From the NCBI GenBank assembly GCA_043228905.1, contig JBHGNT010000004.1:13702001-13766000 (forward strand): a stretch of 64,000 nucleotides of DNA. The letters run 5' to 3'. Below, one piece after another: positions 37,786 through 49,730 of this stretch. The stretch's first letter is position 1. Every line of letters starts with the position of its first letter. This DNA is from Azolla caroliniana (taxonomy: Eukaryota; Plantae; Polypodiophyta). A program made the translations under genes and the position numbers. The notes under the pieces were generated by a model. The model was not told the origin of the DNA and searched no databases. It worked only from the letters and a program-made list of their open reading frames with translations.

Positions 37786-38267
37786 GCAACCGGGCTTGCC
37801 GTCATTCATCTCCGGACATCCCATCCGGAGGGACCGAAATCCCAACACCTTCAACCCTTTGTTGTTGTAACACGACGATTGTCGACTCTAACTGTTGCAC
37901 TCGTCGCGTGAACTCCTCTTGTTGTTTTTGCTTCTCTATAGTAACCTTTTGTAGATCCCCAAGTAGATGTTGATTCTCTACTTCAAGAGATGTGAACTTG
38001 GATTTAAGGTTCTCCATTTCTGCAACAAGGGTGAGATATTCTTCTGAGTTAATGGCAGCCATGGTTTCAGGATGGTTACAAAGGAGGATAAGAGAGAGAG
38101 AATTCGAATCAAACTGTCAAAACCAAGGATAAAAGATAGAGTGATGGAAGAAGGATAGAGAAGAATGGATGTATAAGATAGAGAAAGAAAGAGAATGGAT
38201 ACAAGATATGTAATGAGAGCTAAAGACTGGTGTTGATTCGAATTGATTTGAGAATACATGTATGCGC

Positions 38268-38370
38268 TTATTTATAGGTTCCTACAAAATAGCTTTAGAG
38301 ATTTCTAGAATGTTCTAGAATGTTCTAGACCTAGAATGCTCTAGGACATTCTAGAACATTCTAGAATAAT
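38268..38370 (-). promoter_or_regulatory. TATA box and heat-shock-element array in the 5' LTR of B
   Basis: TTCTAGAATGTTCTAGAATGTTCTAGA and TTCTAGAACATTCTAGAA upstream of a minus-strand CTATAAATA. Confidence 0.72.
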
Positions 38371-40336
38371 CTAGAGTTTTTACAATAATCAATGTAATAC
38401 AAGAAATAGCTTTTATTGTTTCATATAACAATAAGCTATCTTAATGGTTGAGGTTTTCAAGTATGAATTACAAGGTTCGAGGTTCAAGTCTGGGTGACGC
38501 CATAATGGTCATGTGTTCATGACATTAACTACCATTAATCGTAGGCAATTAGGACCCAAAAGGATTTGTTTTTGATTCTCAAACGCAGGTTCCCCTGGAC
38601 GAAGTTCCATATAAGAGCGTCGAGAATGCGCACTTGCTTTGCCTTGTTGCATCCCAGGGTGATATATAATTACAAAGTCGAAGTGGGTCAAAAATTGCGC
38701 CCACCGGGCTTGTCGCCAACTCAAGACTCGAGCATTTTGAAAATATGTCAAGTTCTTATGATCATTGTAGACAATGATCTGTTGAGAAGAGCCTTCTAGA
38801 AAATGTCGGAATTGTTGAAATGAATCCACGATTGCAAGAAGTTCTTTGTCATGGATCTCGTAGTTGATCTCTATAGCTTCAAAATTTCGGGAATGAAATG
38901 TGACAGTGTGTAGCTCTCCGTCATCTCCAGTCTGCGATAGGACACTTCCTAGTGCAAAATTGGATGCATAAGCTTCAAGGAGGAAGCGTTTTGTTGGGAC
39001 GACATGTGCTAAAATAGGTGCCGTTGTAAACGCCCATTTTAAACTTTCAAATGCCTCGGCTACATTTGAATTCCATATGAATGGTTGGTTTTTGTGTGTG
39101 AGTTGAGTGAGCGGAAGCACGACCTTAGAATAATTTTTAATAAATTTCCGATCAAAGTTCGCAAACCCGAGAAAACATTGCACATCGCGCATTGAAACGG
39201 GCGTCTGCCACTCTAAAATCTCTTGAACCTTCATGGGGTCCATAGGAATACCATTTGGTGATACAACGTACCCCAAAAATTCCACTTGATTCTAGCTGAA
39301 ACTACTCTTTTCTAATTTTGCATAGAGACCATATTCTTGTAGTCAACGTAGTACCTGACGAACATGTTCATCATGCTCCTCTTGGGTCTTCGAGTAGATC
39401 AAAATGTCATCTAGGTAAACTATAGTGAAGATATCGGGAAAATCTCGAAAAATATCATTCGCCATATGCTGGAAAACTGCAAGTGCATTCGTGAGACCGA
39501 ATGGCATCACAGTATACTCGAAATGTCCATAGTGAGTTGTTAAGCGTTGGGATCACACCGCGACCAGTAATGAAGAAGAGCGCACCGACAAGGACATAGT
39601 ATGGCTAAAGGACCTACGAAGAGGGAACGACAATAGGAAAGAGGACTAAGGGGCACCTAAGTGTGAAAGGTCCACACCCTAAATGTAAATGCTATATATA
39701 AACCACATAGTGGTGGCTTTGTAAGGGTTCTTCTATTTGTAAAGATCTCCCTATTGATTAAGAGCTAGAGCTTCCTCTCCTCCTTGTAGCCTTTACGCTT
39801 AAGAGAGATTAGTGAAGTGTTTAGTTAGAGAACACTAATCTGACAACCATCTCCGCCCGATTCGCCATCAAAAGGGTATATGTTGGTCTGAACTCCGCAA
39901 ACGACATCGAAGAGCTAACTCCATCGATACATAGATCCTACACATCTATTTTGTGCCACTGCCGGGGACACGACCGACGCTTGAAGACGATTTCGAGTGG
40001 TCAAACACTCGTAGGCAACCCACTTAACGAGGGAAGAAATCGAAAGGAAACCACCATTTTCTATTTTTTTATGCGTGCTATTTCACATTTTAATTAAGTT
40101 AATTTTCGGTTTTTTTAGTTTTAATTTGCTCTTCCTTAATCGCCCGGACATTAGCGAGCTATTTGTCCGGTTAACGCTAAGCATTGTTGAGATTTGGCCG
40201 TTGCAGGGCAAGAATAATCACCGCGATTCTTGATGAGTACGATAATCCTACGGGACACGAAACGGCCGTTGGCGCTAACAAATTCAAATTTCCCACTCAA
40301 ATTTTGTCAAAAGATCAGAGTTCAATAAGGGAAGTA

Positions 40337-40565
40337 TCCTTCGATGAAAGATCAAATTTTGCCAAACCCGCATCTTTCGACAAACCCACATCCTTCGACG
40401 AAAGATCAAAGTTCAACAAACCCACATCTTTCGACGAACCCACATCCTTCGACAAAAAATCAAAGTTCGACAAACCCACATCTTTCGACGAAAGATCAAA
40501 GTTTGCCAAACCCACCAAGTTCGATGAAAGATTAGAGTCCACCAAACCCACAAAGTTCGACAAAG
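40337..40565 (+). repeat. In-frame 18/36-bp coding minisatellite (KPTSFD / ERSKF)
   Basis: ORF 40184-40732 shows SFDERSNFAKPASFDKPTSFDERSKFNKPTSFD... Confidence 0.88.
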
Positions 40566-41917
40566 GATCATCTGTCGACGACCCCGCAAAGCTTGACAAG
40601 AGAACATCGCCGGATCCTCATGGACAAAGATGTTCAAAACCCGACCCACATGCCAGGAGGAGTCCACCCAAACCAACCAAATGCATGGTGCTAACCCATC
40701 TAACTCGACTCGATACCACGGAGGGTGGTTAGCTCCGGGGATGCAACCAAACATGAACCTCCCATCGAGCCCAGCAACTAAAGCACCTTTCAACACACTC
40801 CCACTACAGGAGAGCCCAATGGCAAACCCGCTCAGTGTAGAGCGACACATACGGGATGCCGCACAGGAGTTACGGGTGATAGAACAAGAAATCAATATAA
40901 GGACGGTACAACTTGCGAAAGGAGGACAACCACAAAGCATCACCAAAGATATCGAAGCCGCTTTGACAGAAAGGAAAGAAAGATTTGCACGAGTGCAACA
41001 AAAACTTCACCTCCTAGAAGCATCGTCGCATACGCACCGTCAAGGCCGTGAGCGCAGCCCCGTGCTGCATTCGAGCACAATGGGCGACAGTCCAAACGAA
41101 GCCCACACGCAACAACACCCGACACCTGACACCACCACATATGGACACGACCCCTACACCCGACCAAACTGCCTCGACACCCCCAAACGCTGAACTCGCA
41201 CTAGCGTTACAATCCATCCAAACCCTCGTGGCATTGATGGAAAAAGAGTGAGCACCCACAGACCATTTGAGAAACCCTACAAACAACAGCGGGAAGAGTG
41301 CTTCCATTTCTAAACTAGTACCCCGTTTTCTCAGTTTCGGTGACGCCTATGATCACGTCGAGAGGTTCAAATAGATCTGTCGCGCTTATGAACCCCTCAC
41401 AGAGACCACCAAAGTAGCCGCATTTGGGCTTACACTCGATGACCAAGCCGGAATTTGGTTTAGAACCTTGAATGAGGACATCGTCGCAGACGTCGAGTAT
41501 GTCATCGAAGATTTCTTGATAAACTTCGCTCGTCGAGGGAATAAATGGAACTTGATCGACCAACTTTTCGCTCTCAAGCAAGAAGCGAACGAGACGGTCA
41601 GGGACTACCGTAAGTGGTGCAAAGCTTTCGTGATGCATTCTCAAGAGAACTACTGGCAAGCCCCAAATGGAAGGTATAGTCAAACACCAATGGTGGAGCA
41701 CCCACGCTCACCTCCACTGTTTAGTTGCTCACAACTACTAGTGATACTTCCCCAACAACCCCCACTACGGCGTATTGGCACTTGCCTCGCTGAACTAGAA
41801 TATACCACCGATAACCAAACCTAGGTCGGGGTGAGCGCTCCCAAATACGAAGACTCGTACTGAGAGTATGGTGTTGAAGAAGAGGTGTTGTCCCACTTTG
41901 TGGACTTCGAACGCAAC

Positions 41918-44900
41918 TGTAGAAAGTAGCGTGCGGAAGCAAGTATGAAGACCGAACAGAAGAGAGGAACCTCAGGTGTAATGGAGAGCTTGGGCTTACG
42001 CAGTATACGCGGGAGAGACAGAGAGAGAAAAACACAAAAACTATATTCAACAATAATACTCAATCTCTGTGTGTGTACATAAGACGTGCTCAGTGAGCAC
42101 TTTTATACAAGTCCTAAAAGGACTGACCGAAGTACTGACAGTACTTCAATGCTCATCAAGAGCCCCTACACTAACTCCCAAATATATTCCTCACGGAATA
42201 TCTTTCCTAACGACCTCCCGGTTTATGTACTCGGCCTAACCGATCGGTCCCAACCGATCCGGTCCTCGGCTTCTTCAGCCGATCCAGCCGATGTTGAGCT
42301 TGTCTCTCAACACTCCCCCTCAAGCTCAACTTGAGGCTCTTCGGGATCTTCACAGCACCGGTTCCTCCTGGCTTCTCGCCTCGCTCGCGCTCCTCGACCT
42401 GTTCGACTCCGCGCGCTTCGACCCTTCCGGTTGGCTTGTCTGCTCATGCGGCCCTTATCAGCTCTTCTGCTATTGCGGTGTTGATGCTTCTTCTGCTGCC
42501 TTTTCTTCCGCTTGGGCCTCGATTGCTTCAGCGTGTCTGAATCAAACATCCGAACCGACTCGGCTACCTCCGATCAGTTTTCGCTCTCGTCCGAGTTGGT
42601 TGTCTCCAACTCGTCTTCGGTCTTCTCGCCCTCGATGGCGTCATCCTCCTCATGCGTGGTTGGCTTCGGCTCTCTCCTTCGGTTGCTCCCCTTCTGTCCT
42701 CTTCCGAACTTTTCCGCCGGTCCGCCCTCGGCTTCTTCAGCCGATCCGAAGTCACCCTCGGCTTCTTCAGCTGATCCGTCTTCAACCGAGTCAACAAACG
42801 AGTCAACCGACTCGGTGTCGCGGTGTCCGCTCCTTTCCTGCTGCGTTGCTTGGTCGTTTGGGACTATTCTCCCCCTCAAGTTTGGCACGTCGAGGTGACG
42901 CAATCCGAGCGCACTTGAGAATTGCCGCAACTTGTCCAGACCAAGAGGCTTGGTGAAGATGTCGGCAGCCTGCCGATCCATCGAAACGTACTGAAGTTCG
43001 ACTTCACCGGAAAGGACACACTCACGAACGAAATGGTAATGCACCTCAATGTGCTTGGTCCGTGCGTGGAAAACGGGGTTCCTCGCGAGCTGGATGTTGT
43101 TGAGGTTGTCGCAGTAGATCGTCGTCGGATCTGACACCTCCTCTTGCAGGTCCTTAAGTAGCCGCTTCAACCATATGGCTTCGCATGTCGCGACAGTCGC
43201 TCCTCGGTACTCAGCTTCGGTGCTCGACAGTGCAACTGTCCGCTGCTTCTTACTGCTCCACGCGATCGCGGCACTCCCGAGGGAGAACGCGTATCCAGAC
43301 GTGGATCGGCGATCGGCGGCGTTGCCAGCCCAATTAGCATCAGTGTAGCCGACTAACTGCACGGCTGCACCGGTCCGATATAGTAGTCCGCTGTCCTTAG
43401 TGCCGCTTACGTACCGAAGTACACGTTGCGCATACTAAAGGTGCTCCTCGGTAGGTCGCGCCATGAACTGACTGATCACCCCGACCGGATAACTGAGGTC
43501 AGGTCGGGTGATGGTCAAGTATATGAGGCTTCCGACAATCTGTCGAAACTTCGTCGGGTCGCATACCTTTCCCGTACCGGGACGAAGCTTGACGGTTCTG
43601 TCCAGAGGAGTCGAGACAGACTTACAGTCGGCCATCCCGAGCTTGAAGAGCATACTCAGCACGTAGTGACGTTGGCTGATCAATATGCCTTCGGGGGTAC
43701 GGATCACTTCGATCCCGAGGAAGTAATGAAGGTCCCCCAGATCCTTCATGTCGAACGATGCCGCAAGCTGGAGCTTCACGCGGTCGATTTCACCTAGGTC
43801 GGTGCCAGTGATGACCAAGTCATCAACATACAGTAAAATACTAACCAGTCCGAGTCGACCTTTCCGGATGAATAGGGAAGAGTCCGATTTTGACGTGACG
43901 AAGCCCATCCGACACAGTTGTTGCGTGATCTTCGCGTTCCAGGCACGCGGGGCTTGCTTCAGTCCGTAAAGGGACTTCTTCAGTCGGCATACTGCCGAGG
44001 AGTTCGTTCCAGAGTGAAATCCGGGGAGCTGTACCATGTACACTTGTTCCTCAAGGTCACCTTGTAGAAACGCATTCTTTACATCCATCTGATGTAGGTG
44101 CCACCCCTTGGTCGCGGCTACTGCGAGCAAAACACGGACGATCATCATTTTCGCAACCGGCGCAAACGTCTCATCGTAGTCGATGCCGTGTTTCTGCGCG
44201 TAGCCCTTTGCCACTAGCCGAGCCTTGTACCGGTTGACCGAGCCATCGGTATTGTACTTGACTTTGTACACCCATCTACACCCGATCGGCTTCACACCCT
44301 TCGGTGCGTCAACTAGGTCCCAAGTCTCGTTCTCCGCTAATGCGTGCATCTCTTCCTCCATCGCGGCACGCCAATTTGCGTCTTTAGCCGCTTCTGCGTA
44401 GCTCTCCGGCTCACGCACTTCCACTACACGGGTCATGTACGCATAATGATGCGCCATGTACTCGTTGTATTCGAACCGCACAACTGGGTTCTTCTGGCGG
44501 GTAGATCGGCGTAATCTCACATTAGCCGATGTCGAGGCCTTCTCGGTCGACGCGGTCTTCACCTTTAAAGACCCGTCACCGGTTCCCTCGGAGTCGGACT
44601 CGCGTCGGTCTGACTCGTTCCTTTCCGTGCCGGAATTCGACACCTTCTTCTTCCCTTTCTCTTTGCGTGTAAGCCGTCTCCTCGGCTTCCTGCACAGGGA
44701 ATGCATGGCCGAGTCTCCACTACTCGCCGGCTCTTGATCGGACTGGTCGTACCGACTCAGTCGTCCAATCGGTCCACTTAACCGGAGTGAAATCGGACTC
44801 TCTTCGCGGGTCTCGATTTCAGGCTCATCCGGAGGCATCTCGGCCTCGCTGACCTCATCGTCAGAGCTCGGATTGGAGTCGAGGTTCGTAGTCGGGGGCA

Positions 44901-47752
44901 GGTACCAGGACGCGGACTCGTCAAACACCACGTCGCGGCTGACACGCGCTTGTTTGGTGCGAGGGTTATAGCACTTATAACCCTTCTGCTCGTCCGAGTA
45001 ACCGACCAAGATGCATTTCTCGGCCTTTGCGTCCAGCTTCCTCCTTTTCTCCTTCGGTACATGCACATACGCAATGCTACCGAACACCCTCAAGTGTCGC
45101 AAGTTCGGCTTCGTTCCGAAATATAGCTCGTGCGCCGACACTTTGTCTCCAATCCGGTTCTGGATGTATACCGCGGTCCTTACCGCCTCGGCCCAGTAGA
45201 ACTTGGGCAAGCTCTTCTCCTCCAACATTGCCCGTGCCGCTTCCACAATCGACCGATTCTTCCTCTCGGCCACGCCGTTCTGTTCTGGCGTGTATCTACA
45301 ACTGAATTCGCGCCGAATTCCCATTTGTTGTAGATAACCGTTGAATTGACCGGAAAAGTACTCTTTCCCGCCATCCGACCGCAGGCACTTGATCTTTCGT
45401 CCCGTTTCGCTTCCACAAACCCTTTGAGGTCCCGGAAACAGTCGAAGACTTTGCTCTTCCTCTCAATGAGGTAGATCCACGTATGCCGCGTGTGGTCGTC
45501 GATCCACGTATCCCGCCAAGACTAACGTTTTGTGCCGGCCCCCATACATCGGAGTGTATAAGGTTGAGCTTGTTCCGGCTCCGGTTTCGCTCGTTGGGGA
45601 AGGGAAGTCGGCGTTGCTTCCCAAGCTGGCAGGCGTCACAAATTTGTGCCTTTCGGCCACTAAATTTGGGCAATCCGAATACTACCTGTTTCGATTGTAG
45701 ATCTTGAAGCCGTTGGTGGTTGACGTGGCCTATCCGCTTGTGCCACAAGTCGATGTCCGACTCGGTCTTTTGTCCCTTCGCGAACATTGCGGTGCCGCCG
45801 TCAGTGGAGTCGAGGATGAACATCCTCCCGTATCTGCACCCTTGCGCAATCACACGGCCTTCTTCCTCAATGAAGCACCCGAGGTGTGTAAACCGAACCT
45901 CCATTCCCTTCGTGAACATTGCGGTGCCGCCGTTAGTGGAGTCGAGGATGAACATCCTCCCGTCTTTGCGCCCTTGCACAATCACACGGCCTTCTTCCTC
46001 AATGAAGCACCCAAGGTGTGTAAACCGAACCTCCATCCATTGGTCGACGATCTGTCCGACCGAGACCAAGTTCTTCGTGATTGTCGGAACGTGCAACACG
46101 TTCTTGAGTTTCCCTTTCTGCCCGACATGGCTAAGGGGAACTTCTCCAACATTCGTGATCGGATGCGGAGTGTCGTCTCCTGTTGCGACTACTCCCGGTT
46201 GTATCGGTTTTTCAAGGTACGAGAACCACTCCTTATGGCTCGTCATGTGGTTTGACGCGCCGGAGTCTACGTACCGCACCTCGTCCGATCTCGGGGTGCT
46301 CTGTTTCATTGAGTTTGCTTCGTGTCTCGTCACGAAGACAGACCCTTCTCCAGCTCTCCCGGAGTCTTTGGCGTAGCGCGATCGCTGCTGATTTCCCTTG
46401 TCGGTATGTCTGGAGCCGTTCCCGGAACCAGTTCTCTCTGAATCGGCGCGCTTCTTCCAGCACTCGCTTTCCCTATGGCCTTTCTTGCCACAGTATTAGC
46501 ACTCCGCGATGGCCTTCCCTTGCTGGTTCTCATCGCTTCGACTCCCCCTGTTTCCGGAGGGTCCAGAGTTGCTGTCGGCATCACTTCGGTGCCTTCTTTC
46601 TTGATCACGTCGGCCGCTTCCATTGCGTACCGACTCGCCTCGTCCGCCACGACCACGGGGCCTTTCTCCCTCCGTGTACAACATCTTGCTGTCGGTGTGC
46701 GTGCTTGTCGATGCACCCGCGTGGTTCTCCTCTACCAGGAGCATCGACTGTAAGTCGAAAAAGGACGACATATTCTCCCGGGTACACAACCGTTCGGAAC
46801 ACTCCGAACTTCGACGCCAAACCTCCGAGACAGATCTGGACCATCTCGCTCTCCTCGATGTTCACCTCTATGGAGGCGAGGGAGTCGCAGATATCCTTGA
46901 TCTTCGACGTATAGTCAGCCACCGACAAGTCGCGTTGTCGTAGGTTGCTCAACTCCTGTCGGAGTTGAAGCTTCCTGGCTGTGGTGCTCGCGGTGAAAAT
47001 CTTCTTCAGATTTTCCCACGCACCCTTCGGCGTCTTTGCATCCCGAACATAGCTCAATAGTTGTTCGCCCACACACGACGCGAAGCAGTACAATACCCCG
47101 CTCGCCGATTGCTCCCACGACGGGAAGTCTCTGTGTGTTGATTCAGGTGCCGCGTCATTAGCTCCTTCGACATAACTCCAGTAGCCGTGCCCGAGCAGGT
47201 ACTGGTGCATCTTGTAGGACCAAGACGCGTAGTTGGTTCTGTCGAGCTTCTCTGTTGGAAGCGAGCTCGCCATGCCTCTATCCATCGTTCTTCTTGTTCT
47301 TCTTCGTCAAGCTGTGTCGGCTACAGAGAGGTTCTCAACCCTCGCGCTCTGATACCATGTAGAAAGTAGTGTGCGGAAGCAAGTATGAAGACCGAACAAA
47401 AGAGAGGAAACTCAGGTTTAATGGAGAGCTTGGGCTTACGCAGTATACGCGGGAGAGACAGAGAGAGAAAAACACAAAAACTATATTCCACAATAATACT
47501 CAATCTCTGTGTGTGTACATAAGACGTGCTCAGTGAGCACTTTTATACAAGTCCTAAAAGGACTGACCGAAGTACTGACAGTACTTCAATGCTCATCAAG
47601 AGCCCCTACACTAACTCCCAAATATATTCCTCATGGAATGTCTTTCCTAACAACTTCCCGGTTTATGTACTCGGCCTAACCGATCGATCCCAGCCGATCC
47701 AGTCCTTGGCTTCTTCAGCCGATCCAGCCGATGTTGAGCTTGTCTCTCAGCA
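41918..47752 (-). mobile_element. Ale-like copia E (395-bp LTRs 47358-47752 and 41918-42312)
   Basis: TSD GCAAC, PBS at 47346-47357, PPT at 42313-42321 and gag-pol at 47285-42307 with frameshifts. Confidence 0.95.
45774..46037 (-). repeat. 132-bp in-frame tandem duplication in E pol
   Basis: MEVRFTHLGCFIEEEGRVI..GRMFILDST.GGTAMF.KG occurs twice. Confidence 0.92.
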
Positions 47753-49730
47753 GCAACCAAATACCAGTGTACGTCTTGAGAGGAGAACAACGGGGGCCGT
47801 CGATGGGATACTACAACAATAATGGTCTAAGGAGGTCAGAATTGAAATGTTTCAACTACCAAGGCCCACATATGGTGAGTGAGTGCCCAACCAAACATGA
47901 ATACTACAACCGGATGGCACAACGACCACGACACCCCTCACTCGAAACATCCCCACAACCACTGGCGCAAAGTCTCACCCAACAGTGACAGGACCTTATC
48001 GAGTGGTTCCAAAGAGAAGCATCATGCCCAGGGTGTGGTAAGGAGCACTTAGAACCTGATTGCCCAGAAAAGAAGAAAAGGATTGGCACAAATCTGTTAA
48101 CTATCGTACCATCAACGGTTGGCGCCAAGGTCATCACACGAGCTCAAAGAGTAGCTCATAACTTAAAATACCAAGATCAAAGCCCCCCCCCCGCTCCCGG
48201 CTATGCGTAAGAGATGAAAATCTAGAAAAAATGCATCCACGCAGGCCTCAAAACAAGATCAAGAACTAGAGGGAGACGTAGAAACAATACCCGTCAACCC
48301 TAACCAAGAACTACCGGCACACCTAGCGGTTTACCCAAACCCATGGGCTAAAAAACAAAAGGTCAAAGAGTACATTAAACTCATACGCCACGAACAGTTC
48401 GAAAAATCGCTTAGTCTCCCGAGCTTAAACTTCGACCAACTCGAAGAATGGGTAAACCCCCCACCCGAACACACGGATACACCTCCCCTCGTCATAACAT
48501 CAACTGATACCCCCACATGCCATCCTAACCCAATCAAAGAGGTCAACACAGCCCTGCTCCAACAAATATTAAATGTAAGATTATGACTCACATTACGAGA
48601 AATACAAAGCTACACTAGCACCGTCGTGGCCGACAACCTCCAACTACGACCTATACTCGCCAAGGAAATAGAGTTCATGGTTGAAGAACTACTCAAACTC
48701 GACATACAACCATGGCATGACGTCCATCTCCGCCTCAATTGAGGCCTATCAGCAGGTTATGGCTAAAAGATACACACCCACAATCCTCATACGTCCACAG
48801 TCCTCAAGCAACCCAAAGGAACACCAGTCGATATACGTGAAGCTCACTTCGAGAGCGACGATACTAGTTTCACTCTACCCATTTGTGTCAAAGATACGAT
48901 GTGTGATGCAATCATTGACACCGGAGCAGGGGTAAGTATAGTCAGCTACGAATGTTGGTGTAAGTGGGGAAGCCCAAAAATGCTTCCTTCAGATGTCAAA
49001 CTACGAATGACAAATGGGTCCATCCAACGGCCAGAAGGCATGATCCCTGCACATCACTTCACTATCCACGGAGTCGAGTTCAATCTCACCTTCGTCGTCA
49101 CAAGATCATCCAATCATGTGGCCTACGAGTGCTTACTAGGAAGACCATTCCTACATGTAAGCCGCCTAGTAATGGATTTTGGGAATGATACAATCTATAT
49201 GCGTAAAAACAACAAAACCTTCCACATCAAAGCATACACACAAAAAGAGCGTGAACAAAAGGGCAACCCTCTCGTGGACGACTGGTTAGAAACCACCGAA
49301 TTCGAGACCAACCTCCTAGCATGCAACCCCATAAAGGCAGTTCATATCTTGGCTAGGGTTCAACCGTTCCCCCAAAAATCCGCCAATCCTAAGGTGGAGA
49401 ATGCAAGAGAAAGAGAAGATCAATCCGTAACTTCCGATACGTCAGAGATGAATTGGGTACACGCTCTCGCCATGACCAACACAATGTATCCCATTGGTAC
49501 AAAGTGTTGCGACGAGGATGGAGACACGATCTCTTGCTTTAATGTCACCACCCTCGTACCCCAGCGAAAACAAGTAGACGTAAAAGATGAAGACCTGGCA
49601 CAACGAATCACATGGCAAGATGAGGTTGCGACCACTCGGAAGACCCCGATAGAGGTGGACTTCCCAAAGCAATTCAAACTTTATGAACAAGGGAATCGGG
49701 TAGTGTCTTGTAATAGACCACAACACGCCC

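Larger units (their letters stand above)
32386..37847 (-). mobile_element. Intact Tnt1/Tork-like copia (672-bp LTRs 37176-37847 and 32386-33057)
   Basis: TSD CCTTC, TGTTG..CAACA ends, PBS TGGTATCAGAGC (37161-37172) and PPT GAAGGGGGAG. The LTRs differ at one position seen by eye. Confidence 0.98.
31432..38062 (-). pseudogene. gag: gag of B, interrupted by the Tork-like copia (38062-37848 + 32385-31432)
   Basis: MAAINSEEY..QQRVEG|[33 protein letters not shown]. Both halves are open frames. Confidence 0.9.
29772..38524 (-). mobile_element. Tcn1-like chromovirus B lacking RT/RH (5' LTR 38115-38524, 3' LTR 29772-30119)
   Basis: TSD TTAAC, TG..CA LTRs and PPT GAAGGAGGGATAG. Carries gag, protease, then the IN C-terminus and a chromodomain. 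Confidence 0.93.
28463..39537 (-). mobile_element. Tcn1-like chromovirus C (partial): RT-RH 38525-39537, IN ~28600-29771, 3' LTR remnant from 28463
   Basis: [60 protein letters not shown]. The frame is continuous across B (LMVVN|AKTTLED). The assignment of the LTR remnant is less certain. Confidence 0.85.
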
